A stretch of 63,776 bases of DNA, the filler included, from Rhabdomonas costata (lineage: Eukaryota): assembly GCA_019059605.1 (NCBI GenBank). It is 49 parts of 49 records of this genome, joined end to end, with 100 filler letters (N's around TTAATTAATTAA, not from the genome) between each part and the next. Parts side by side here need not be neighbours in the genome. Positions count along the whole stretch, not along the records: positions 24,776 to 25,979 come from JAHMHO010023726.1; positions 26,080 to 27,283 come from JAHMHO010023727.1; positions 27,384 to 28,587 come from JAHMHO010023728.1; positions 28,688 to 29,891 come from JAHMHO010023729.1; positions 29,992 to 31,195 come from JAHMHO010023730.1; positions 31,296 to 32,499 come from JAHMHO010023731.1; positions 32,600 to 33,803 come from JAHMHO010023732.1; positions 33,904 to 35,107 come from JAHMHO010023733.1; 41 more parts are not named here. One strand, written 5' to 3'. Made by a program: the position numbers and the translations under genes. Shown in pieces: positions 24,934-36,305 of the stretch (position 1 is its first letter; every line of letters begins with the position of its first letter). The notes beneath the pieces were generated by a model, which made no database searches, was not told the DNA's origin, and saw only the letters and a program-made list of their open reading frames with translations.

Positions 24934-25381
24934 AGGTGTTGGCGGCAGTGATTAAGGAATGCGTGGTGGGGAAGCTTGTCGTGGAGCTGTGCCAGCTTGG
25001 GGACAAGATGATTCTCGAGCTGACGGGGGGAGTGTTCAACACCCCTGAAGGGAAGGTTTGGCCCGGCCAAGTGACAGAGAAGAAGGGGCCCTTTTACTGG
25101 CGCGCAATGCACCAGCTTGCGACACCTTACCCCATTTTTTTTTCGTGAAGGGTGAGGGTTAGGTTTCGGCCTTTTGCGGCATCCGTGACTCTGGCACCCG
25201 AACCAACACTCATTTAAACTTTTGTCTCACTTTTGCTTTGGCTACGTCTTGCCCAGGACAAGGAAAAAGTGGAGAAGGGCATCGCCTTCCCCACATGCAT
25301 CAGCGTGAACCACACTGTGTGCCACTACTCCCCTGTGTCGAGCGACACGACCACGCTGAAGGACGGGGACGTCGCCAAAAT
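24934..25381 (+). CDS. PA2G4: Proliferation-associated 2G4/EBP1 (M24 fold), exons 24934-25055 and 25257-25381
   Basis: ELCQLGDKMILELTGGVF joined in phase 0 to EKGIAFPTCISVNHTVCHYSP...LKDGDVAK. Confidence 0.93.
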
Positions 25382-27383
25382 GTGAGCGGGGGAGACCTTT
25401 TTCCTCTCCCCTCTGCCCCCCCCCCTCTTGCCCGGAAGCGCAAAATACTGTAAAAGCACCAATGATTAATGATTACCAGTTTAAGTAATGGGTCAGCGGT
25501 GATGTTGTTGAATTATTTGATTATCCATCATTTCCAGTCGAACATGTAGGGTTCTTTTCATGGCCACGATGGAAACATGCGCAAGTGGTGATGGACACCT
25601 CAAAATCTGAAAACTGAATTATTTGCGGTGGTTATTTCCTGAATATTCCGGTTGTCTTCTGCTGCTGCGCTTCACAAGACACTGCGATTTCCTCAGGAAA
25701 GAAAATTGCACTAAATGCTCAAGCGCCATAGTTGAACACTGAGAACCTCCTATCGGGAGTTGGTGCGAAGTGGAGTGGAGAAACTTCCGCGCGGCCTCCG
25801 CCGTCTCAGGGTGCAACGTTTAATCAGGCACGTCAGGTCCTACCAGCAATGACATCATTGGTCTTCGTTCACAGCTCCCAGACAGAGAATGGGGAAACAA
25901 CCATTCCCTGTAGTTGCCAAAATACAGCGGTTGGTGTTTCTACGGTCCATCCAAGGCCTCCCAACTGCACCCAAAGACANNNNNNNNNNNNNNNNNNNNN
26001 NNNNNNNNNNNNNNNNNNNNNNNTTAATTAATTAANNNNNNNNNNNNNNNNNNNNNNNNNNNNNNNNNNNNNNNNNNNNGTGGGGGGTGGGGGCATGCTC
26101 CCGCCCTGTAGCGTTCTCTTAGAGCAACATACAGCCAAAGTTCTGACGCAAGCAAGAGAAGTTAACGGAGAACCTCCCAAAGCCTCTCCTTCTTCAGCTT
26201 CTCAGCAGGAGTGTTGTGCGGCATGCCGCGTCTCGAACCATGGCGCACGAGGAACACTGCCCGAGCCCGAAGGGTCGTGTGTCCTGTTGAGGAGTCATTC
26301 TGGAGACGACGCTCCAAAAGGTCAGGTGGGCGTGGTTGGCGAAGGCAGACACTCCTGAAGCACGCCACCCCCAAAAAGACCTTGATTTGCAACCTGAGCA
26401 GCAGCGAAAATTGAATCAACAAATTACCCGCACCGCGTGCGTGTCTTTCCCTTGACCATTCCACCGACGATTGTGCGCAGCGCCAGAGTTCACAGATCAT
26501 TGATGCAAGAGAGCCTTCTCTCCTCTCCAAGCAATTGTCTGTCTGAAGATAAGCATATTATCGAATTCACAGTATATTCGCGACTGTGAGGCAAGATGGT
26601 AAAACGCGACACAGACTTTTGGATCGGCAGCGCCAGAGGACGTCCACCAGTACACCACCAGAAGGAACAGCACACTGCAGAATCCAGCCAGGAGCACGGC
26701 ACGCCGGGCGTCACGAAAGGTCACCCACCGATGAGCTTGGCCGGGGATATTTCCAGTCTACGAGAGGAAAGCCCCAACAGGAAAAGTATTTCTCATCTAG
26801 AATTTTGAGGAAGAGAGGCACAAATGACAAAAGGCATTCTTACACAGCTTCTATGCAGGAAGTTGGAAGTGTTGCGAGCGCAAGTAGCTCTGTCCTCTGT
26901 CCTCCAAGTCAGAGTCATCCCTTGACGACCTGTTGGTCCTGATAGAAATAGGCAACTTCTTACAGTGGAGGGCACACGATGATTGCACGAAAATAATACA
27001 CAAGAAACATAAAAAGCGCAGCTCGCACCTTGTGGGCGCCTTCATGGGGCCGGGCGGTGGTAGCCTGCAAGCGACCGCAGGAAACCTCTTGAAAACGGGA
27101 ATTGAAACCTCTTGAAAGTTGTCCTATATCCAAAAGCAGATACCGATTGACCTGTTCTTCCTGGCTGTTTCTTTTACTTTTTTCTTTTGTTTCGCTTCTC
27201 TCTTTTCCCATAGCTGTACCGCTACGGTTTTTCTACGGTTCCGACGACGTCCCTGACCCTGCCCCCAACCCTGACAAAAAAAANNNNNNNNNNNNNNNNN
27301 NNNNNNNNNNNNNNNNNNNNNNNNNNNTTAATTAATTAANNNNNNNNNNNNNNNNNNNNNNNNNNNNNNNNNNNNNNNNNNNN

Positions 27384-28075
27384 CAACTGGTGAGGACAGC
27401 CTGGTGGTCATACCCACCGAACACAAAAAGTCGGTTCCCCTGGGCTGCGGCACAGGCATCAGCACGTTCAGAACACATCGTCGTAGGGAGCATCGCGAAC
27501 GTGTTGGTAGTGGGGTCAAGAACTTCGCAGCTGGAGAGCACCGTGCTGCCGGAGTACCCACCACAAAGGATAATTCTGTCTTTCATGGCGACAGCGCACG
27601 CGCCGCTACGCGCGCTGCACATCGGAAGCATCGCAAAAGTCTCGGTACGGGGGTCAAAGACTTCGCAACTAGAGAGTTCGGTGCTGCCGCTGCAGCCACC
27701 GAACAGAAAGATTTTTCCCCCGTAAACAGCAATGCAGGCCCTAGACCGCTTGCAGCACATCGAACAAGCAAGCAATGTAAAAGTACTGCTGCAGGGGTCA
27801 AACATCTCACAGCTGGAAAGTTGTGTGCGGCCATCATTGCCCCCAAACAAGAAAATCCGGCCTTCATGGACGGCGGCACAGGCTCCCGAGCGCTTGCTGC
27901 ACATCTCGCTGGAGAGCATCGAGAACGTATTCAGGCAAGGGTCAAAGACTTCGCAACTGGAGAGGTACGTGGAGCCGTCAAGCCCCCCAAAAACATAAAT
28001 TAGGCCTGAATGTGCGACGGCACAGGCGCCATGTCGCTTGCTGCGCAGCTCAGCGGGAAGCAGAGAGAACGTCAT
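27384..28075 (-). CDS. Kelch-repeat protein, 5 repeats in one exon, runs off the contig
   Basis: Tandem ~46-aa units RSGACAA...IFLFGG.DG...LSSCEVFDP. Confidence 0.95.
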
Positions 28076-29723
28076 GTCGGTGGCAAGGGTTTCAACGCAA
28101 AGCGACAGCTACATCATGAAAAAAAAAGTAACGGATAACCTTGTGGATCGGCACTTTTCCACTTGGTGGGTAACTGGAGTCCCCCCTTCAGTAAATCCTT
28201 TGAACAATCGGGGAGTAAAAAACATCTGAATTTGTGCCTGACTGAGTCTATACGGACAATATTCTGTCGAGAAGGACCAAGTGCGCTCCCTAATCTTGAT
28301 CGATGCCACGTGTCGTGTCTGTTCTTCCTCTGCTTCTGCCCGTCTTTTTCAGTCCGAATTTTGGCCGGCCTCCGGTTTCTCCACAGTTGCATGTGCAGCT
28401 TTGTGGCGTGCCCCGGGGGTCCCGCCCCGAAGGGTGTGCCATTCCTCGATAGTGTTTGGAAAGCCATGGCTGCCCATTGGCCTCGTCATGGGCCCCACCC
28501 GGAAGGGTCGGCCGAGAACAAACCACAGAACCCACATTTTAAAAACAAAACAAAGAATAATCTCCTTTTGTCTCCGCAGAAGAAAAANNNNNNNNNNNNN
28601 NNNNNNNNNNNNNNNNNNNNNNNNNNNNNNNTTAATTAATTAANNNNNNNNNNNNNNNNNNNNNNNNNNNNNNNNNNNNNNNNNNNNTGTGGGTGTGGGC
28701 AGAATACGATACGGGCGGAAAGGGGTGACCTTATTTTGTACAGTTCTTGTGTGTGAAGATGACAGGGGACAGAAACCAACTGTTCATGACACACTTTGCT
28801 GCTGTTGTCATGTGCAAGTTTCTGGCGACTGACGACGTCCCCTTTTGCTCATTGTTTTCGCTTGCGCGCGCGTTTGAGTGGGAACTTGAGAGTAACCACG
28901 TTACCATGCTGAAGATTCCTACTATCAACATAGCCCCAAATACCGACCGAGAATTGAAGCCAAGATGCCAAGATACCCCTACAGAGACCAAGATGCAAAG
29001 AAGGAAAAACCCAGAATAACGAAATGCCCAAGCACGCTTTCTGAGCCTCGAGCTCCGAGGGAGCCTGTAGCGAGTCGGGCGATTCCTGGGTTCCCCTGTC
29101 CTTTTGCTACTCCGGATGTCGTGTTTTGCGAGGCTGATTGTTCCATATCAGAATGTCACAACTTTGGCAGAGGGAAGGGTGCCAGTGGTTTTCTCTCCTC
29201 CAAGATCTACCCGTCAGAGCTGCTACCTGGTTTCTGGTTACTTCCTTCCTGCAGGACCTGTGCGTCCGCTCTTCCTCCCATTCTTTGTCTGTTTTTCGCC
29301 CTTGTTTTTTTTTCCAAGTGTGTTGTTGTTGTGTGGAATCTCTCGCGCGACCCACCGCCACTCATTGGAAGGGCAGCCGGTTCTCTTGTGGTCGTTCGGT
29401 CCCGTAGTCTTTTAGCCTCGCAGGGCCGGTCCTTCGTCCCGAAAAGGGAGCTGCTCTTGGCTCCTCCCCGTTTGTTCCTCAACATTCCCCCAGGACCTCT
29501 GGGGAGCGTTTGCCACCGTATTCCCCTCCCCTCCCCTCGTTTGTGTTGTTTGCTCAGAGGATCCAATTCAAGGACCCCACTACATAGAGTGTTCGTAAGT
29601 TAGACCGTTCCTTCGCCGCCTCTGTGTGCGGCTTCCTGCCAACTGTAGAGACCATCCCTCTCTCCCTCCTGCATTTTTCCCCTTTCCACCCGCCAAAAAA
29701 GCCTTGAGCAAGGCTCACCCAGA

Positions 29724-29891
29724 ATGGTGTTCCCGCAGTACATCTGGGGCGTGGTGCTCTCCCTGGCGGGATGCACCATGAGCAACCTCGGGGTGAACTT
29801 CCAGAAGAAGACCCACTCCAAGCTCGCCAAGAAGACCCGCCGCAAGTCCTCCATCAGTCTAGCCACTCCCGCGGCAGGGGGAACCACCCCC
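29724..29891 (+). CDS. NIPA-family magnesium transporter, N-terminus
   Basis: MVFPQYIWGVVLSLAGCTMSNLGVNFQKK matches the NIPA TM1 pattern G...NLGxNxQK. Confidence 0.75.
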
Positions 29892-31297
29892 NNNNNNNNN
29901 NNNNNNNNNNNNNNNNNNNNNNNNNNNNNNNNNNNTTAATTAATTAANNNNNNNNNNNNNNNNNNNNNNNNNNNNNNNNNNNNNNNNNNNNGTGGGGGGT
30001 TGGGGCGACGAGCAGAAAAGGCTGGAACAGTGAAAAATGCAATGGCATGGAAGGGAAGATGTCATCGGGGCTGGGTGGAATTTGGCGAATTTGGCGAGGA
30101 TTTCTGGCGCCTGGAAAACACTCCACGGAACCGCCGTAAACATCCACAAAGAAGGTCTTGGGCATTAATATTCGCTTCCAAACAAAAAATGAGGCAGCCT
30201 AGGCAAAGCGGAAACTAGCGCGCTTCCTGCGCATGCGGCACCTGAAGAGGGGTGGTGAGAGCCTTCATCACAGCTGCCACGGCGTCGGCAATGCTGAGAG
30301 ATCGAAAGCAGAGGAGCGGAGCAACGACTTACCCCAAAGCGAAACCTGCATCGGGAACAGCAAGGCCAAAATTTGGCCTGTTTGTTTGCGCTGGAATAGG
30401 CTGGGTAATGGGAATAGGAAACCTTTGCCATCTGCCGCAAGCTGGCCCATGGGCCCCGCTTGCAACTGAAAGGCCCGAATTCGTGAAACCGGTGGAAGGG
30501 CCATACTTTTACCATCTCATGTCTTCCCCATCGCCACACTACATACTAGATACTTGGAGGCTTCCTCCGAGCTATCGTTTGTTGCATCTCTACACCTTTC
30601 GGTGGCCGCTGGTTTGTTTTTGAATTGATGGGCAGTCTTTTGCTTTCCAAAATCCGTCTTTATTGGCCCGATTTAAGAACGCATAAATACCTCCGATGTC
30701 GCCTCCACGAGGGGCATCTAGTCTCCAACACTGTCCCAGCCGGAACTGTCCCGAGCAGGGAAATTAATTGTCCCAAAATAGTGCACTTTCAAATCGACCT
30801 TTGCCAATTACGGGGAGCAAAAACAAACCAGCTTGCGGGGATTCTCACCTTTCGCACAAAGGGCAGCTCCTCCAAAGCGGGACACTGACTCAAAGCATAG
30901 AGAAAATCCACCAACCGCTTCGTACACACACTGACGACATGGAGACCCCCCATGGCAAGACAGGCAATGAGGGGCAATCGCATCCGATGCACTGCTTCGA
31001 AGTCCTTCTTGCAAAGAGACAGAGGGGGGATGCGTCCACGCCCTCTGGAGAGCACATGCATGCCTGGGGTCAGGGTCCCGAGTAGTGCTACTGGACTGCG
31101 GGAGGAGATGCTGCTCAGCCGAAGACGAACCGGGAGACCGCCCTGCCCTGGAGGAGATATTGCTCATCACGGTCTGCACATGAGCACACAACCCCNNNNN
31201 NNNNNNNNNNNNNNNNNNNNNNNNNNNNNNNNNNNNNNNTTAATTAATTAANNNNNNNNNNNNNNNNNNNNNNNNNNNNNNNNNNNNNNNNNNNNAA

Positions 31298-32499
31298 CAG
31301 GAAGAAGCACTGAAGCAGATTACCCGGGTGTCGGATCCAGAAGAGCTCGGCTTTTCCACTGTCTCCTCAAAAGATCTGGACGAAGGCAATTTTGCATTCT
31401 CCTACCACCTCAAGCCACAGGACAAAAACAAGGAGCCCTCCATGTGGGGCTATAACTTCAAGTTCCCGCTCTTTCCTAAAAAGGGAGAAACTGTGGTTGA
31501 AATGCGGATCACTCGGATAATATGGGTGGCATCGAAGGAGCACCACCAGCTTCACCTGCGCCGGTTGACCAATCAAATGAGAGAGAAATGCATTCGAGTT
31601 GACGAGGTCTACAGTACATCAGAACTGGCTGCGAGGCTGATGGAAGAACCCGAGCCTGCGGTGAACTTTGTCATTTCTAGCCTTGTGGAGTCCCGTGACC
31701 ACAATGGTGTGATTGTCGACGACGGGCACAAGGTGCTCAACACCGCCTGCCGACTTCTTCAAGAAGACAAGACGCTTTGCTTTCGTCTGGTCTACGCCTC
31801 TTTGACGGCCATTGACTCTCGCGAGCGCTCCAGTCTTTTTTCTGAGGGTGCAAACATGGTGTCCTTTAATCTGCACATGCTGGAGCTGGAGGAAGTCGTG
31901 GAGAAGCTTGCTTTTGTTCAGCGGTATGGCAACCAACTTCTGAATATCGTCCGTCTGCGCAGCTTTGAGTTGAAAGCGATGAACGCGCGCTTTCCAGAGA
32001 AGACCAACGGGAAATCCACGGAGCTGGCCATGCAACTACTGAAACTGGGCGTGGATGTGTCCTATGCCCCACGTGCGTGGGCGCCACTGCATCACGCGGC
32101 GAAGAAGAAGCACCTCCACGAGAAAGTTTTTGAAGTTCTCTCCAGAGCCAAGGGTGCGGATTTTGAAGTCCGCAGCAGATACACCTTTGGGAATGTCCCA
32201 AAGGGTTCGACCCCACTTATGGTCGCCGTGGAGTATGGAAACGATGAAAACGTGGAGAGACTTCTGAATTTAAAGGCATCCCCAGACACCCCGGCCCATT
32301 TGTCTGAGAAGGGAGTTGACGTTTCGAACAGAGCAAATTTTGAAGGTGGGTTGACTCCGATGAGGCTGGCCGAGATGAAGGCAAGTGAAGAAGAGAATAT
32401 GGGAGGAATCCAGCATATAATTTTAAACCTGTTGAACAAAGCAAATACATTGAAAGCAGAAACTGATACCCCTGCACCAGAAGAGATGCCTCAAAACCA
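31298..32499 (+). CDS. Ankyrin-repeat protein with an upstream receiver-like domain; open across the whole contig
   Basis: APLHHAA, GSTPLMVAVEYGNDENVERLL and GLTPMRLA ankyrin motifs; ~400 codons without a stop. Confidence 0.88.
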
Positions 32500-32973
32500 N
32501 NNNNNNNNNNNNNNNNNNNNNNNNNNNNNNNNNNNNNNNNNNNTTAATTAATTAANNNNNNNNNNNNNNNNNNNNNNNNNNNNNNNNNNNNNNNNNNNNC
32601 GTTTTCATGTCTTTGCGGAGGTGCTGTGGGGGCTCGCGGTGGGTTTGCTGAAGGATGGAAGCCGTTGGCATTTTTTGTGCTGTTTTTGGGCGAAGGCTGG
32701 TAAAATAATCACCACCACCCATTTTTGGCAGCACCTTTGGGGGTTGCGCACAGGTTCACTTGGAGCTACCAGGGGCGCAGATGCCCGGCGATGCAACCCA
32801 GGTCACTCTCCCAGCTCCCTCTCGAACAAGGAAGTAGAACACTAGAGGGTGCGGATGCGGATGTTCGTTGGTGGTCAGGTGCTACCTTGGACTTTAGAGA
32901 CGTTTTGTGCGGCGTTTTTTTTTGCTGTCTTAGGGGCTTGCTAGTGTATCGTGGCTGGGTGGGGGTATCTCAG

Positions 32974-33775
32974 GAGCTGATTCTTTCCGTCCTGAAGACG
33001 ACCGGTGCCCGCTCGATCGATCCCCGCATCACGGACGCTGTTGTGAACAAGACATCGGGGTATGAGCTTTAGAAGGTGGGGTGCCTCTGTAAGATTGTGA
33101 GGCGGGGCTTTCCTGAGTGGGCCGCTTTCGTCATGTCCATGCACTCCCTCTGCCGTGTGTCTGTGTTCCTGCTGCAAAACTATTGGTTTGTTATAAATCG
33201 ATTTGCTGATGTCTTGCAGGCGGCCACTGTTTGTTGCGGAGATCAGTCGGCTTCTTCGCAGCTCTCTGGAAAGTGAGGACCCCGTGGTTGCTTTGGAGGG
33301 CGACTGCCTGGTGTGTTAAAGCTGTTCGCAAACTTCTCCTCACATTCAACTTGTCATATTACTCTCCGCACCGCACCCAACTTGCCTCATTCCACTCAGT
33401 GTTCGATTCTTTACCTTGAGCTGTTTCTTGGGAAAAATTCCCTCTGGTGAAGCTTGGTGCTCTGGTGGTCCTCCCGAAATCCTTGCACCCTCTATTTTAG
33501 GCCTCCCCTGCTCTCTTATTTTGCTCCCCACCCGCCGCCCAATGCCTGAGACCCTAATTACTTCCCTGTGCTCTCCCTTTGACCACAATTCACTGTTGGA
33601 AGGAGTTCTGTCGTGGCTTTCATGACAGGTGCCTGTGGCCTTCGAGATCACCCGGCAGGCCAAGCTACCGACCATCCCAGACACCCTCACGGGTTTTGCC
33701 CGCGCTCGGATTGACCGAATGCCTCCGGAGCTGCAGCTCCTGCTGAAGGTGGCCAGCACGGCCTCCGTGGTGGTG
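32974..33775 (+). CDS. Soluble adenylate cyclase / STAND-NTPase-type protein, exons 32974-33059, 33220-33310, 33629-~33775
   Basis: Spliced product AVVNKTSGRPLFVAEISRLL...IPDTLTGFARARIDRMPPELQLLLKVAS fits the GNPLF and ARIDRL...LKVAS motifs; GT-AG phases agree. Confidence 0.85.
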
Positions 33776-34300
33776 GACCCCAACACCCAACCACACCCAA
33801 CACNNNNNNNNNNNNNNNNNNNNNNNNNNNNNNNNNNNNNNNNNNNNTTAATTAATTAANNNNNNNNNNNNNNNNNNNNNNNNNNNNNNNNNNNNNNNNN
33901 NNNTTTGCTTTCAGTGTATCCGCATGAATGTGTATTTGAGGAGTGTCAACTACGCGATGGCAGGGCATGAGATACAAACTCAAGCTTCTGCGCACGGCGT
34001 CCTAGCCATTCTGCTATTCTCCCGGGTGGGGAATATCAATGCGTCATCGGCAAATCCTCACGTCCTGCAGTCTTCTTTGTTCATTGCAAGTTTTCTGGCT
34101 GGTAACACAGTGAAAGGGATGCAAGGAACTGCAGAAATTCCGAGAGGAACGAGGTGGGCGTCAGCACCAACTTTCGTGTCTGACAAACGCATCTCATTTT
34201 GCCCTTGAGGCAGAGTGAAGCACAACACGGGTGAAAACAGTGCCCGCAGTTGCTTGGAATTCCTCCCAATCCCTTCTTCTGCTCTTCTCCCTCTTGGCAC

Positions 34301-34417
34301 CTCGACTGTGGGGCAGTTGAGACCTTCGCAGTGGAACTGCGAGATCAGGAGGCTGCGGAAGGCCCACGCCAGAGGATTGAGGTAGTATATAAACCTGAAA
34401 GAGCCCATCCAATAAGT
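34301..34417 (-). CDS. ABCG/PDR transporter, C-terminal membrane-domain exon
   Basis: RFIYYLNPLAWAFRSLLISQFHC; exon may start at 34394 instead. Confidence 0.8.
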
Positions 34418-35217
34418 CTGCAAACATCTCACGTCATTTGGACCCGGTCATTTGTTTTTTTTTGAGGGGGGGGGTGTCAAATGGTTTAACGCTGTTATAC
34501 AATATTATGACGCTATCCGCTATATCGGTGTTATACCTGTTAAACTGAACCGCGGGGCCCCGGCCCAGCGAAACACCAGTGAACCATGCAGTTGCTTCGG
34601 TTTGACATGACATATTGAAATCTACCCCCAGGCTACCTTCCTCAGCCACCAGCTGCCGGCCGTGTACCGCGGACTCGATTCCGCCCCTAAAATAATCCTG
34701 TCCTTATTGCTGGCTAAATCCCAGCAAGAAATGAGTTCCCGCGTACAATGACCAACGTCAAAGACAACAGAAAGGAAAACAAACGTTTTTCATATAACGC
34801 CCCATGACCACACAGCGCCGTTACAGTTATGCCAAGCAATCCCGCCATAGATCAGACCGCGTCATTTGCAAGGAACACAAGACGGTCGTATGGCCTGGAA
34901 AGGTACACCAAAACCGTGTGGTTTTCAAAGACTTAAACCTGCGTCAACGGAGGTGCGACACCAACATGGATTGGAGCGATCATGCATGCATTGATGCACC
35001 ATCGTTTAAGGGTGCACACAGTTTGGTTTGGCACAACCACTGAGCATGTGAGTACCCACATTCACAGAGCACAGAGAGAGAATGATGGAATCCACTGAAA
35101 ACAAACANNNNNNNNNNNNNNNNNNNNNNNNNNNNNNNNNNNNNNNNNNNNTTAATTAATTAANNNNNNNNNNNNNNNNNNNNNNNNNNNNNNNNNNNNN
35201 NNNNNNNTTGTGTGTGT

Positions 35218-35421
35218 ACTACTGGTTGTGACATAGTCCGGGTGGCCATTGAGAACCCGAATCAAGGGCCAGCACAGGGTGTCTACGGAACCCTTGTTGG
35301 AGCGGTCCGCGGGGTGGTCGGGGCACCCGCTGGCTGAGGCTGCCTCAAGCTGAGCAACAATGACGGCCTTTTGCGCGGCAAAGGCGTTCTTCCGCTGCTG
35401 GGAGTCAGCAGGCCGGGACAT
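35218..35421 (-). CDS. TYW3: tRNA wybutosine methyltransferase TYW3, N-terminus
   Basis: FAAQKAVI...DRSNKGSVDTLCWPLIRVLNGHPDYVTTSS matches DxSxKGSxD...YxTTSS(CSGR). Confidence 0.9.
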
Positions 35422-36164
35422 TTGATTTCCTTCAGTTATCACCAGGTACTGCAGAGAAGTGTAGAGAAGTTTAAAGGACTAGCCTCAACCCCGGGCAAAC
35501 AAAGGAGCCAACGGAGCACAAGAACGAACTCAGCTGATCGCAAAACAAACAGGGTACCTGCTCAGCAATGACCGTCGGGAAGTGTGTTTCGAATTATGCA
35601 CAAGAGTGTGGCTCCGCTTCACGCTAAAAGGAATACTTCACCTCATTCAATAACCACAGCATGCATTCAATAACCATCAGAGCAAAGACGCAAGCAGAAT
35701 GTTTATATCAGCTGCAAATTTCCTAAAAGCTTTTTCTTGCTGTCACAAAATCCAAAATAATCTCTTTGAAAAGTATAGTTGTGCGGACAATTTACAACTG
35801 ATCGCATCGAGTTTCGAAAATTCACTTCGCCTCTTCTACAGTTGAAAGCGGAAACATGCAGCAACTGGAATGTACCAACAGAAAACTCGGTCCTGAGTGA
35901 AGAATGTGATGTCCTTTCGCTGCCCTGCAAGTAAAGAGCCTGTATGTCGCAACCAGCTACCAGCTACTGTACAACGCGGTCCAAAGGCCAACAGTCAGCA
36001 GAATGCTGCACGCACAAGTAAGGCCACGGCTCTCGCAAGGAAAGGTTGCCTCAAAGACGTACGCCCGGTACGTCGGTACGGCGTCTTTGGGTTCGTGGGT
36101 CGGAGTCGCGGTTTCGGTGGTGGGGTCAGTGCGTGGATTCTGTGCTTGTGAAGTGCTGGTGCTT

Positions 36165-36305
36165 GGTTTCGGGGTCGGGGTCTGGATTTCGGGTTTGGGT
36201 TTCGGTTTCAGGATTTCGGGTTCTGGGTTATGCGTTTGGTAGTCATGTCTTTGGGTTCTGTCTTCGGGTTCGGGTTTCGGGGTTCCTCTTCGGAGGTTGG
36301 GTTTA
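36165..36305 (+). repeat. Degenerate TTCGGG/TTTGGG-type tandem repeat
   Basis: Imperfect 6-7 nt units, e.g. TTTCGGGTTTGGGTTTCGG and TTCGGGTTCGGGTTTCGGGG. Confidence 0.6.

Noticed and set aside
33273..33278. GTGAGG donor implying an out-of-frame or non-canonical junction
   Set aside because: Reading through to CTG|GTGTGT at 33310 gives a canonical in-frame intron
1600..33775. Histidine kinase, receiver-ankyrin and cyclase-type genes as one signalling cluster
   Set aside because: They lie on different contigs whose order is arbitrary; there is no evidence of linkage
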